Part shown: one piece after another, positions 1-9,538 of the stretch
Position numbering within the stretch: the stretch's first letter is position 1
Layout of the letters: each line of letters starts with the position of its first letter
Assembly (NCBI GenBank): GCA_041691135.1
Contig: JBEPVF010000004.1
Span: forward strand, 74,511 to 138,510
Direction of reading: 5' to 3'
DNA from: Candidatus Peribacteria bacterium
Lineage (GTDB): Bacteria > Patescibacteriota > Gracilibacteria > Peribacterales > Peribacteraceae
Length of the DNA stretch: 64,000 nucleotides
The notes under the pieces: model-generated
Seen by the model: only the letters and a program-made list of their open reading frames with translations
Told to the model about the DNA's origin: nothing
Database searches by the model: none
Translations under genes and position numbers: made by a program

Positions 1-69
1 CCGTCACTTTACTTCGGAAGCAGACATCGATGCGGTGATGCGCTCTCTACAATTCACCGACGCTCAGTA

Positions 70-708
70 GTGGCACCGTATTCAGCCATCCTCTTCGACC
101 TCGACGGCACGCTCGTCTCGACCATCGATGTGTACTGCCACGCAGTGACGGCATCATTTAAAGAGATCGGAATTAACGTGACGCAGAAGCAATTCAACGA
201 ATGGTATAAACGTCCCATTCATCTGGAAGGCATGCTGGAACTTCACGGACTGACCGAAGAAGATGTGCCCGAGGTGCGCGGCATCCGCGACCGGTTGTAT
301 ATCGACAAACTGCGCACCGACACGACGTGGATCGACGGTGCGGAAGATGTACTCACGGAAGTGAAAAAGAAGTATCCGGTCGCCGTCGTCACCGGTTCGC
401 ATATGAGTTACGTGGACGCCATTGATGAATGTTTGGGCATCAAGCGCTACGTACAGCACTACATCACCGCCGACGAGGTGGGGAAGTTCATGAAACCACA
501 TCCTCACGGCCTGCTGTTGGCTGCCGATTTGCTCAAGGTCGATCCAAAGGAGTGCCTGTATATCGGCGACCAGACCTTCGACATGACCGCCGCCAGGGCC
601 TGCGGCATGACCAACTGCCTGGTGCCATTCGTCTACACGGCGGCTGATGCAAAAGAAGAAGCGGATATCGTATGCAAGACCCTGGAAGATGTACTGAAAA
701 TATTGTGA
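70..708 (+). CDS. HAD-superfamily phosphatase (phosphoglycolate phosphatase/beta-PGM-like)
   Basis: Motif I FDLDGTL, motif III KPHP, motif IV YIGD..D. Confidence 0.9.
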   Translation: MAPYSAILFDLDGTLVSTIDVYCHAVTASFKEIGINVTQKQFNEWYKRPIHLEGMLELHGLTEEDVPEVRGIRDRLYIDKLRTDTTWIDGAEDVLTEVKKKYPVAVVTGSHMSYVDAIDECLGIKRYVQHYITADEVGKFMKPHPHGLLLAADLLKVDPKECLYIGDQTFDMTAARACGMTNCLVPFVYTAADAKEEADIVCKTLEDVLKIL

Positions 709-736
709 ACATTGTTCATCTCTTTACCGTTTTCGT

Positions 737-1843
737 ATGGATACTCGTCCCACTCAGCTCGCCACCGTTCTGCTCGACCACTCACTCAAGATCCAATCGG
801 GTGAAAAGCTCTTGATCTGCACATCCGATTTTTCACCGCTGCCGCTGCTCCAGGAAACGTATCGCCTCGGCATCGAACGCGGCGCGCACGTGGAGCTGGA
901 TGTGCTCGGCATACAAATGCAACGCGGTCGGGCCGACTTCGGCGGGTTCGCCCACACCTTGCTTTCCACAGGCAGCGACGAGCAGTTACGGTACGTCTCG
1001 GACATTCTCAATACCAAATTCGACTGGGCCGACGCTTTTCTATTTATCGGTGCCCTCGAAGACGATCTGTTTCTGAGCGATATCGATACCGAAAAATTCT
1101 CGCTATGGAGCAGGTCGAAGTTTGCACTGAATGAGAAATTATTTGAGAAACGTTGGGTTCTGACCCAGTGGCCGACGAACGGATTTGCCGAAAAATGTGA
1201 TCTCGCGCCGCAGGAAGCCATCGACTTTTACTACCAAGCTTGCCTGGTTGATTATGCGGCTGAATCAGCCCGTATTAAGCAGCTGCAGGACATTTTGGAC
1301 GAAGGGAAAACCGTCCGCATCATAGGATCGAACACGGATCTGACGCTCGGCATCGAGGGGCGGCTGGCAGCGGGTGCCAACACCGGACGCCGCAATATTC
1401 CCGATGGCGAATGTTTTTTGGGACCGGTCGAAGATCAGACCGAGGGCACCATCACATTTGAACTGCCGCAGGTGCGTTCGGGCCACGAAGTCCGGGGCAT
1501 CAAACTGGAATTCCGCAACGGAAAAATCGAGCGGGCAACGGCTGAACACGGCGAAGCACTCCTCTTGCGTACGCTCGAGGAGGATCCGGGAAACCGCCGT
1601 CTCGGAGAACTGGGCATCGGGATGAACCGGTTCATCACCAACTATCTAAAGCAAACCCTGTTCGACGAGAAGATTGCGGGGACCGTGCACGTGGCCCTTG
1701 GCCGATCGTACGATGAACAGCGGGGTGGAGGCAAGAACAGAGGGTCGATACATTGGGATCTGGTAAAGGATCTTAGGCATTCGGGAACGAGCGTGACGGT
1801 GGATGACCGGGTGATTATGAAAGACGGGAAACTTCACCTGTGA
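737..1843 (+). CDS. Aminopeptidase, peptidase M29 (AmpS/AmpT-like)
   Basis: NIPDGECF, LGELGIG, LFDEKIAGTVHVALG and SIHWD motifs. Confidence 0.9.
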   Translation: MDTRPTQLATVLLDHSLKIQSGEKLLICTSDFSPLPLLQETYRLGIERGAHVELDVLGIQMQRGRADFGGFAHTLLSTGSDEQLRYVSDILNTKFDWADAFLFIGALEDDLFLSDIDTEKFSLWSRSKFALNEKLFEKRWVLTQWPTNGFAEKCDLAPQEAIDFYYQACLVDYAAESARIKQLQDILDEGKTVRIIGSNTDLTLGIEGRLAAGANTGRRNIPDGECFLGPVEDQTEGTITFELPQVRSGHEVRGIKLEFRNGKIERATAEHGEALLLRTLEEDPGNRRLGELGIGMNRFITNYLKQTLFDEKIAGTVHVALGRSYDEQRGGGKNRGSIHWDLVKDLRHSGTSVTVDDRVIMKDGKLHL

Positions 1844-1949
1844 TACATCGCTTCGTAGTGAAGCAGTATGAAATTTTGCAGCATGGCGCTGTCGCTTTCT
1901 TCGCAGATTCGCGGGAGTCATCCGATTCATCGTGCGCGGGTTCCATCGC

Positions 1950-3311
1950 TTATTGCACTACGCGCACCACTCTTCCCCTCACTTTCCATCCTTCGTAGGG
2001 CGTCCAATGACATTTGCTGTGCAGATTTTTTGCCTCAATCGTCCACTCGGCTTCCGGGTCGACCAGGATCATATCCGCCTTGGCACCCTCGACGACTCCT
2101 TTTTTCCCAAGCGAGTAGATGTCATTCGGATGTTCGAATAACAAATTATAAATGTCTGTCATCCGCACTGCATACTTAATCACTCTTTTCTTCGGCTCAC
2201 TTGTTCCACCCGACGCCATCGATAGAAGTAACGGCAGCATCGTCTCGACGCCGGGAACGCCGCTCGGCGCCTTAAGCGGTTCATTATCGGTTTTTTCTTC
2301 GAGCGTATGCGGCGCATGGTCCGTTGCAATGCAGTCGACGGTCCCATCCTTGATTCCCGCCCACAGAGCATTGCGATGCTCCACCGTTCGAACGGGCGGA
2401 TTCATTTTTGCCAGCGTGCCCAGTTGTTTGTAATCATCAGTTGTCAGAAACAAGTGATGCGGCGCGACTTCACAGGTCATCGCCACGCCTTCTTTCTTCG
2501 CCTGACGCACAAGATCGACACCTTGCTTCGTCGAAAGATGTGCCACGTGGAACTTCGTACCGTATTTCTTCGCCAGACTGATGGCGTAGGCAATGGCCTT
2601 TGCCTCGGATTCCGGCGGCCGCATGAGGGAATGACGCGCAACAGTGGGATGAACCGATTCATCATTCGCATACTTCGCCGCCGCCTCGGCATTCATTGCC
2701 GGATCTTCGCAGTGACACACTAGGGGAATGCGCTGCTCGGCACATGCCTTGAATATATCGTCCAAGATCGACACATCGATGCCCTGATTGCCCGTCGAAT
2801 GATCGAAGAAGACTTTCACGCCGCAGCAATGTGCCTTCAGGCGATCCAGCTCGGCATTGCCACCATCCCACAACTCGCGGAGCACGGCCAAGTGAATATC
2901 CTGCGTCACGCCAAAGAAAAAGTGAATATCGCAATCGGTGATCTCTTCCGCGCGCCGCACTTTATCGGCCAACGCGCTGACGGTGTTCGTCGGTGGAATC
3001 GTATTCGGCATTTCGCATACTGTCGTGACGCCGCCAGCCAATGCCGCACGCGATTCGGTCTGCATCGTTGCCTTGTGTTCCAATCCCGGTTCACGGAAAT
3101 GCACATGACAATCGATGAGTCCGGGCAAGAGAACCAAGCCGTTCGCCTCGATCACTTCGTGCACCGGATCGTCCTGCACTGATGGCAACGCATAGGTCGG
3201 TGAATCATGGAAAGCGATCTGTTCAATAACTCCATCGCGCACCAGTAGATCGGCAATAAGCTGATCAGTCACCGTTACCAGATGCGCGTCCTTGATCAGG
3301 AGACTGCTCAT
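1950..3311 (-). CDS. pyrC: Dihydroorotase (multifunctional-complex type)
   Basis: PGLIDCHVHFREPG, MPNT, KMNPPVR, ATDHAPH; overlaps the end of pyrB. Confidence 0.92.
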   Translation of the reverse strand: MSSLLIKDAHLVTVTDQLIADLLVRDGVIEQIAFHDSPTYALPSVQDDPVHEVIEANGLVLLPGLIDCHVHFREPGLEHKATMQTESRAALAGGVTTVCEMPNTIPPTNTVSALADKVRRAEEITDCDIHFFFGVTQDIHLAVLRELWDGGNAELDRLKAHCCGVKVFFDHSTGNQGIDVSILDDIFKACAEQRIPLVCHCEDPAMNAEAAAKYANDESVHPTVARHSLMRPPESEAKAIAYAISLAKKYGTKFHVAHLSTKQGVDLVRQAKKEGVAMTCEVAPHHLFLTTDDYKQLGTLAKMNPPVRTVEHRNALWAGIKDGTVDCIATDHAPHTLEEKTDNEPLKAPSGVPGVETMLPLLLSMASGGTSEPKKRVIKYAVRMTDIYNLLFEHPNDIYSLGKKGVVEGAKADMILVDPEAEWTIEAKNLHSKCHWTPYEGWKVRGRVVRVVQ

Positions 3312-4225
3312 GCATCGGCCAGAAGAAGTGACAGAAGAGCCATCCGCACCGGTACGGCATTCCCAGCCTGGCGAAAATAGGCCGCGTGCTTGTACTCGTC
3401 CACCTCCGGCGCGATTTCCTGGAGCCGTGGCAACGGACTGATGATCGTCGATTCGGTGCGTTCCATGTGCTTGCCCGTGAGCTGGTACACATCGCGCAGT
3501 TTTTCGTATTCAGCGCGGCTCTCGTAGCGCTCTTCCTGAATGCGCGTCATGTCGATGACATCGCATTCCAATGCATCGTCGAACGATGTCGATTCGCGAA
3601 AATCCACACCGTGTTCGGTGAGATACTCTTTGATTTCATCCGGCATCACCAGTTCGGCAGGCGAGACGAAGAGCAGGCGATTGTCGGGGAAGAGACTGAG
3701 CAGGTAGCACAGCGAATGCACCGTGCGCGAGAAGCGCAGATCGCCGACCATCGCAATGGAGAGGCCTTCGGTTGTGCCGCGCTCTTTTTTGATCGTGTAC
3801 AAATCGAGCAGTGCCTGCGTCGGATGTTCGCCCGGCCCGTCGCCCGCACTCAAGAACGGCGGAACACTCACGCTAGCCGCGCGGGCCGCTGCACCGGCTT
3901 CGAAGTGGCGCATCACGATGATGTCCGCATAATTGTTCACCATGCGGATTGTATCTTCCAGCGTCTCACCTTTTTTGAGCGACGTGTTCTCGATGCCATT
4001 CACGGTAATCACCTGTCCGCCCAGCCGCAACATGGCCGATTCAAAACTCAATCGCGTCCGCGTGCTGGGCTCGTAGAAGAGGCTCGCCAGAATTTTTCCT
4101 TTCAGACGATCGTCACCGCCCTTGGCACGCACCTTCTCCATTTTTTCAGTCGCCTTCAAAATCAACTCCACATCGTCGCGCGTGAGCGCTGTCGTGGAAA
4201 TGAGGTATCGGAAGCTAAGCGGCAT
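3308..4225 (-). CDS. pyrB: Aspartate carbamoyltransferase catalytic subunit
   Basis: FYEPSTRTRLSFE, HPTQALLD, GDL..SRTVHS, TRIQ.ER. Confidence 0.97.
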   Translation of the reverse strand: MPLSFRYLISTTALTRDDVELILKATEKMEKVRAKGGDDRLKGKILASLFYEPSTRTRLSFESAMLRLGGQVITVNGIENTSLKKGETLEDTIRMVNNYADIIVMRHFEAGAAARAASVSVPPFLSAGDGPGEHPTQALLDLYTIKKERGTTEGLSIAMVGDLRFSRTVHSLCYLLSLFPDNRLLFVSPAELVMPDEIKEYLTEHGVDFRESTSFDDALECDVIDMTRIQEERYESRAEYEKLRDVYQLTGKHMERTESTIISPLPRLQEIAPEVDEYKHAAYFRQAGNAVPVRMALLSLLLADA

Positions 4226-4272
4226 GCTGAATGCACTGTACGTAAAAAATTACATATTGTCGATATTCAACT

Positions 4273-4713
4273 TTACATTAAAGAACTCTCCGCCTGAAGA
4301 AGTTGGCTGAACTGTACCCAGAATGCCGCGTCGTGTATGGAGCGTATCTGCACCGGATCACCATCCAGGTCCCACTCCTGGCCATCGAAAGTCAGTGTGG
4401 CAACGCGTTCACTTTCGCTTGGCAGATTAAGGTAAACACCAAATGTGTGCACGCCTGCTTCTGCATCGGCTGGCAGAAGTTTTGCATGACACACGTCTAA
4501 ATCATATTGTGTTCTAAGCCAGTCACTCGCTTGCCGCTGAAACGCGAGTTGTTCAGATGAAAGTGTTGGTCGCTCAGGCCCAGTAACACATCCCTCCAGT
4601 CTTTCTCTGACCCATTGACCAGCGGCGGTTAATCTTTTTTTTACATGCCCTATGATGGACGTTTGCTCGACAGGCTCAGAAACGCCATGTTCTACGTCCT
4701 GCCGATGAGACAT
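4273..4713 (-). CDS. Hypothetical protein (start uncertain)
   Basis: Open frame filling the gap between pyrB and the flippase gene; no motif recognised. Confidence 0.45.
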   Translation of the reverse strand: MSHRQDVEHGVSEPVEQTSIIGHVKKRLTAAGQWVRERLEGCVTGPERPTLSSEQLAFQRQASDWLRTQYDLDVCHAKLLPADAEAGVHTFGVYLNLPSESERVATLTFDGQEWDLDGDPVQIRSIHDAAFWVQFSQLLQAESSLM

Positions 4714-4821
4714 CATGATACCCATAACAAGGCATTTTTCTCCTCGATTCGAAAAACACAAGCATTCGGACAACGAAAAGACAATTTGCGCTTTGGTATG
4801 CCGAGCAGTCACACTGTGATC

Positions 4822-6282
4822 ATGTCCACCCGCGCCATCGCCACGTCCACACTCTGGCAGATCGCGAGCCAGGTCGTCATGGCTGCGCTCAGTATCGTGA
4901 CGATCAAATTCGTCACGATTGGACTGAGCAAAGAACTAGCCGGCATCTACAATTCCGCCTACGGATTTCTCCAGCTCTTCGGTGTGCTGGCCGACTTTGG
5001 ACTGTACGCCATTGCAGTGCGTGAGGTGAGCAAAGCTGAAAACAAAACCGATGTCTTGGGCACGCTGATGGCACTGCGCATTTTGATTCTCTGTTTTTCT
5101 CTGGGAACAGCCCTGCTCATCGTCTGGATTCTGCCGGCGTGGCACAACACTCCATTGCCGATGAGCGCCACCATCGCCGCGCTCGTTCCCTTCTTCACGC
5201 TCCTCGCCGGCATGCAGCGCACGATTTTTCAGGTCCACTACCGCTTGCAGTACGTATTCATTGCCGAGGTGTTGCAGCGGATCATCACTACGGGGCTCAT
5301 TGCCACCGTCGTGCTGATGGGCATCCGCGGCAGCACGGATGTCCACACCGAAGAATTATTTCTCTTCATTGGAGGTATCGGTGCAATGGCATTGTTCGCC
5401 ACGCAGTTGTACTTCGGCCGTAGGTTTCTGCCGTTTACCCTGCATTGGAATTGGACAGTGATCCGACACGTATTCTGGATGGCCGCGCCGTACGGTCTCG
5501 CATATCTGTGCATGGCGCTGTATCGCCAGCTTGATGTGCCGTTGATCACATTGCTCCGGCCTCACGACTTCGACCTGCAGAACGCCTACTACGGCTTCGT
5601 GATGCGCATGGCCGACATGGGATTCATCATCCCCACCTTCCTGCTCAATTCGGTGCTCCCCATTATGAGCGACCGCGACAGCAAAGGCGTGGATACGCGA
5701 CATCTCCTCGGCAAAACACTTTTCATCCTACTGCTGCTCGGCTCAACTGCGTTCCTCTTCGCGCAACTTTGGTCGGTGCCGCTGATTCATCTGCTCACTA
5801 CCAAGGCCTACGTATCGACACCGGGACATCCGGGTTCCGATGCTGCACTGCGCCTGATCAGCATTCCGATGCTTATGAACGGCATGATTCTGTACAGCTT
5901 CTATGTCCTGCTGAACCGCAACGCCTGGCGCCGGCTGGTGGCCACGTTGCTGTGCGGCGTCGTCATTGCTCTCGCCTGCAATCTCCTGCTGATTCCCGGC
6001 CTCGGCTTTATCGGCGCCAGCTACACCTCCATCATCGTCCACGTCTTCATCGCAGCGGCGCTTCTGCCGCAGGCCCTGCGCGTGATGCCGGCTGCGATCA
6101 GTCGCCACCAACTCTGGCAATGGCTGCTCTTCACGCTTCTCTTGGCCGCACCGCTATATCTGCTTGCTCCGTTTTTGCCGAACGACCTGATCACCGTATC
6201 GGCGCTCGTCGGAATAATCGTCTGGATAATAGGAATTGCCGAAGCGACAGGAATTCGTCGGAGCTTAAGCGAAGCCATATAA
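4822..6282 (+). CDS. Polysaccharide flippase / MOP-superfamily transporter (Wzx-like)
   Basis: About 14 hydrophobic segments, LADFGLY..AVRE motif; start moved to the ATG at 4822 (MSTRAIA). Confidence 0.8.
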   Translation: MSTRAIATSTLWQIASQVVMAALSIVTIKFVTIGLSKELAGIYNSAYGFLQLFGVLADFGLYAIAVREVSKAENKTDVLGTLMALRILILCFSLGTALLIVWILPAWHNTPLPMSATIAALVPFFTLLAGMQRTIFQVHYRLQYVFIAEVLQRIITTGLIATVVLMGIRGSTDVHTEELFLFIGGIGAMALFATQLYFGRRFLPFTLHWNWTVIRHVFWMAAPYGLAYLCMALYRQLDVPLITLLRPHDFDLQNAYYGFVMRMADMGFIIPTFLLNSVLPIMSDRDSKGVDTRHLLGKTLFILLLLGSTAFLFAQLWSVPLIHLLTTKAYVSTPGHPGSDAALRLISIPMLMNGMILYSFYVLLNRNAWRRLVATLLCGVVIALACNLLLIPGLGFIGASYTSIIVHVFIAAALLPQALRVMPAAISRHQLWQWLLFTLLLAAPLYLLAPFLPNDLITVSALVGIIVWIIGIAEATGIRRSLSEAI

Positions 6283-6444
6283 GGGACAAAGCACCGGTAA
6301 TTTTCGTAACAGCGCCTGGCTCTGCCACTACGATTTATGGCAAATACATGCAGTAAACGACGTTCTATGAACGAATAGAACACTACGCGAACCTTCCTAT
6401 TATGGTAAGAATCTGGTATAATTATCAGATTCCTCAACACACAC

Positions 6445-7611
6445 ATGACACATCTCCGCCTCATTATCTTGGGTAGCATGATGGCTCTGTGGCCATCGTT
6501 CGCCCTAGCCGCTGTTCCGGCCGTGACCGGTATCGTCGCATCGTACGAGAACGGACAAATCCATGTGTCGTGGACCGCACCATCCGAGCCCGCACAATCG
6601 TTCCGCATTTACTACAGCCGCGAATCAATCCTGCAGAATAACGGCCGCTACGATGATTTCGAAACCACAAGCGGCAACCGCACCGAATATTTTTTGACGA
6701 ACTTCCCCACCGCCAGCCATCTCTACATTTCTGTTCTCGCCGTCGCCATGTCGGGCGAGGAAGGGAAGACGTTTACGACGGAGACAACCGTGGATCTACC
6801 ATCCGCAGGAACAGCGACATCCACCATGACGCCGCCTTCGTCGTTCGGCGCCACATCATCCACTACGACGGCAGCGACACTCCAACTGCTTTCCGCTCTT
6901 CCCATCTCATCGACAGGCGTCACACTCACCTTTAACGCGCCGATCGAGTTGGCAGATACTGATGGACCATCCGCATTCGTCATACAAGACGGCTCAGGCC
7001 ATCAGCTCTCTATGCGAAAGCTCGTGATCATGGGCGCTCAAATCATGATCGTCACGGACCAGCAGCAGGCAGGCACAGTCTATAACTTGCAAGTGAACGA
7101 CGTCGTCAAAGGCCAAGGAATGACGACGAGTCTTCCGCTCGATCCCTTTCAGCGCAATGCCCAGTTCACGGCATGGGATGCGCTCACCGATACCCCGTCT
7201 ATGCCGACCGAAACGCCCGCGTCGATTGTCGGCCTCACATTGAACGGACAAGTACAGAGCAATGGTCGCTACACGGTAACCGCCCACTGGGGACTCTCGG
7301 CGCCAGCCGCAGTCGTACAATCTTTTGAACTGATGCAGAGCCGTGATGGCGGCAAAAAATTCAGCGCTGTCCAAACCATTGCCGGCGATACGCAGGCCGT
7401 CACCTTTCACGATGTGCCATTCGGCGCGTTCGGTGTCTCGATTCGCGCAGTGATGCCGAGCGGGCAACGAGGCCCGGATGTATTCTCGTCTATTGATCTG
7501 CCAAAGCCACAAACGAACTTGCCGAGCAGCGGCCCGGGCGTTCTGCTCCTGATGGGAACGGCGGGCGCCGTAGCCGGTTGGCGAAAAATGCGTCTGCAGC
7601 TGGCAAAATAA
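6445..7611 (+). CDS. Secreted Ig/FN3-like domain surface protein with LPxTG-like (LPSSG) sorting signal
   Basis: Signal peptide (..SFALA), beta-rich FN3-like segments (VSWTAP, YRIYY-like), Ser/Thr linker, C-terminal LPSSG followed by a hydrophobic stretch and WRKMR. Confidence 0.7.
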   Translation: MTHLRLIILGSMMALWPSFALAAVPAVTGIVASYENGQIHVSWTAPSEPAQSFRIYYSRESILQNNGRYDDFETTSGNRTEYFLTNFPTASHLYISVLAVAMSGEEGKTFTTETTVDLPSAGTATSTMTPPSSFGATSSTTTAATLQLLSALPISSTGVTLTFNAPIELADTDGPSAFVIQDGSGHQLSMRKLVIMGAQIMIVTDQQQAGTVYNLQVNDVVKGQGMTTSLPLDPFQRNAQFTAWDALTDTPSMPTETPASIVGLTLNGQVQSNGRYTVTAHWGLSAPAAVVQSFELMQSRDGGKKFSAVQTIAGDTQAVTFHDVPFGAFGVSIRAVMPSGQRGPDVFSSIDLPKPQTNLPSSGPGVLLLMGTAGAVAGWRKMRLQLAK

Positions 7612-7650
7612 TTTCGACTGCACCACAGTCGACGGGCGGACATTTACGCT

Positions 7651-8496
7651 TTGAGCGTGCACAAGATCCCCGCTCGTCATTGGGTGAAACTCTGCGCAGG
7701 CCTCTGTGTGCTGCTTGCATTGTGTGCCCGCGAGTGGCTGCTGCTTCCGGATGGACGGGCACACCTCTCGATTTTGAACATCGGTCAGGGCGACAGCATT
7801 TTGCTCACGACACCGCAAGGCCATCGGATACTAATCGATGGCGGCCCGGACCTGACGACACTGGAAGAGCTGGGCCGCCATCTGCCGTTCTTCGATCGCC
7901 ATATTGATCTGCTCGTTCTGTCGCATCCGCACATCGATCACATCGCGAGTTTTCCACCCATTCTTGAGCGCTACCAGGTCGATGCGGTACTGATGAACAA
8001 CACGCAGTACGGCTCGCCGCGCTACCAACATTTTCTGTCATTGTTGCGCACGGAACATATTCCGGTGATGGAACCGGACACACACGGCGCCATCGTATTC
8101 GATGACGGATTTATCCTAGAACGTCTATGGCCGCCGCACGGCTGGTTCGGTGCTGCACCCAAGAATGTACACGATGCGATGGTCGTTCTGCGGGCGCACT
8201 ACAAGAATCATACGGCATTGCTCACTGGCGATCTGGAAGCAAAGTATGAGGCAGCTATTCTGAAACTGGGGACCGATGTGCATGCCGATATTCTCAAGAT
8301 CGGCCATCACGGCAGTCTCACGTCTACATCCACCGGCTTCCTCGTGGCAGTGCATCCGTCTCTCGCCGTTATTTCGGCCGGCAAAGACAATCCATTCGGC
8401 CATCCGCGGCCCCAGACTCTTACGCGCCTGGCGCACTTTCACATCCCGATCAAGCGGACAGACCGCGACGGAACGATTGAGATCGTCTGGGAGTGA
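7651..8496 (+). CDS. Stand-alone ComEC/Rec2 C-terminal metallo-beta-lactamase domain protein
   Basis: NIGQGDS, ILIDGG, SHPHIDH, LLTGD, LKIGHHGS, N.FGHP; one N-terminal TM segment. Confidence 0.88.
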   Translation: MSVHKIPARHWVKLCAGLCVLLALCAREWLLLPDGRAHLSILNIGQGDSILLTTPQGHRILIDGGPDLTTLEELGRHLPFFDRHIDLLVLSHPHIDHIASFPPILERYQVDAVLMNNTQYGSPRYQHFLSLLRTEHIPVMEPDTHGAIVFDDGFILERLWPPHGWFGAAPKNVHDAMVVLRAHYKNHTALLTGDLEAKYEAAILKLGTDVHADILKIGHHGSLTSTSTGFLVAVHPSLAVISAGKDNPFGHPRPQTLTRLAHFHIPIKRTDRDGTIEIVWE

Positions 8497-8575
8497 TAAG
8501 GGCTATTCTTTCAAATTTTCTCGCGTATAACGATTTCTTCGCTGTAGCTAGATAGAAAAGTAGGCTCTTAGACCC

Positions 8576-8604
8576 TTGACTTTTTTGATCATTTGCTGTA
8601 TACA
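8576..8604 (+). promoter_or_regulatory. Sigma70-type promoter
   Basis: TTGACT-17 nt-TATACA upstream of a structured leader. Confidence 0.5.
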
Positions 8605-8814
8605 CAAGCGTCCATCGCTTGTCGGTGGGCGCGTATTTTTGATATGCGCGAAAAGAGCAGCGGGAAGACATAAATTGCCTGTTGCGCACTGATCATTCAC
8701 AGGACAGCACCGTTAATCCCAGCGAATGCACTCACAGAGTCTATGCGCTGGGATTAACAATTCAGGGCAGGTCCACGTCGGGCCCGCCATCAGTCGTTTT
8801 CGGAGGCCTGTCAG

Positions 8815-9174
8815 ATGTTGAGAGCCCGTAAAAAGATGCCGAAGGTGAGGGTCGTGCTCACGGCAGAGCAGGAGAAGGCGGCAGGAGCCGCCTTCGAGCG
8901 CAATATGGGCATCGCCGTGGTTGTGCTGATGGTGATTTTTGGGGGGCTTGGCCTCCCCACCATCTTCAGCGAACACGGTAAGGAAAAGGCCGGCGAGCAC
9001 GTCTCGCCGCGAACCACAGTTTCCGCGCCAACTGAGCCAGTGGCCCTCCCGATCGAGGAGCAAGTGGCAGAGGCTATCCGCAAGGAAAAGCCTCAACCAC
9101 CGTTCACGATCCATGTGGCCACCGACGGCCATATCGAAATTAACCCTACCACGCAGGTCGGGTTCCGACCCTGA
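8815..9174 (+). CDS. Small single-TM orphan membrane protein
   Basis: GGAGG SD upstream of the ATG; one hydrophobic helix (MGIAVVVLMVIFGGLGLP). Confidence 0.6.
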   Translation: MLRARKKMPKVRVVLTAEQEKAAGAAFERNMGIAVVVLMVIFGGLGLPTIFSEHGKEKAGEHVSPRTTVSAPTEPVALPIEEQVAEAIRKEKPQPPFTIHVATDGHIEINPTTQVGFRP

Positions 9175-9210
9175 AAGCTGTTTCCCGGTCTGACGCCTGT
9201 CGTCAGACTT

Positions 9211-9250
9211 ACCGGCTCTCTCCCTTCGTGGAGAGCAGCCGGTTTTAAAA
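9211..9250 (+). terminator. Probable intrinsic terminator
   Basis: accggct-ctctcc...ggagag-c-agccggt hairpin followed by TTTT. Confidence 0.55.
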
Positions 9251-9538
9251 AACTGCCCATCTTATTCACCACGATAAATAGGGTTCGTAACCACAATCGC
9301 CTGACATGATTAACCGGCCTGATCGCAAAACAGACCCCATTGCAGTTCTGCCGCCACGCAGCTCGATGTATCAACCACATAGGCGCGATACAAAAAAACA
9401 CTGAGGCCCAGCAGAAGAATACCGAGGGTGGAGGCGAGAGCGCGCTCACTCTTCTTCATGGTTCCCTATCATAGAGGATTGGAATATGGATGCAATTGGA
9501 CTACAGGATCCGCTCTTTACCCTGTATCCTAGGCGCAC

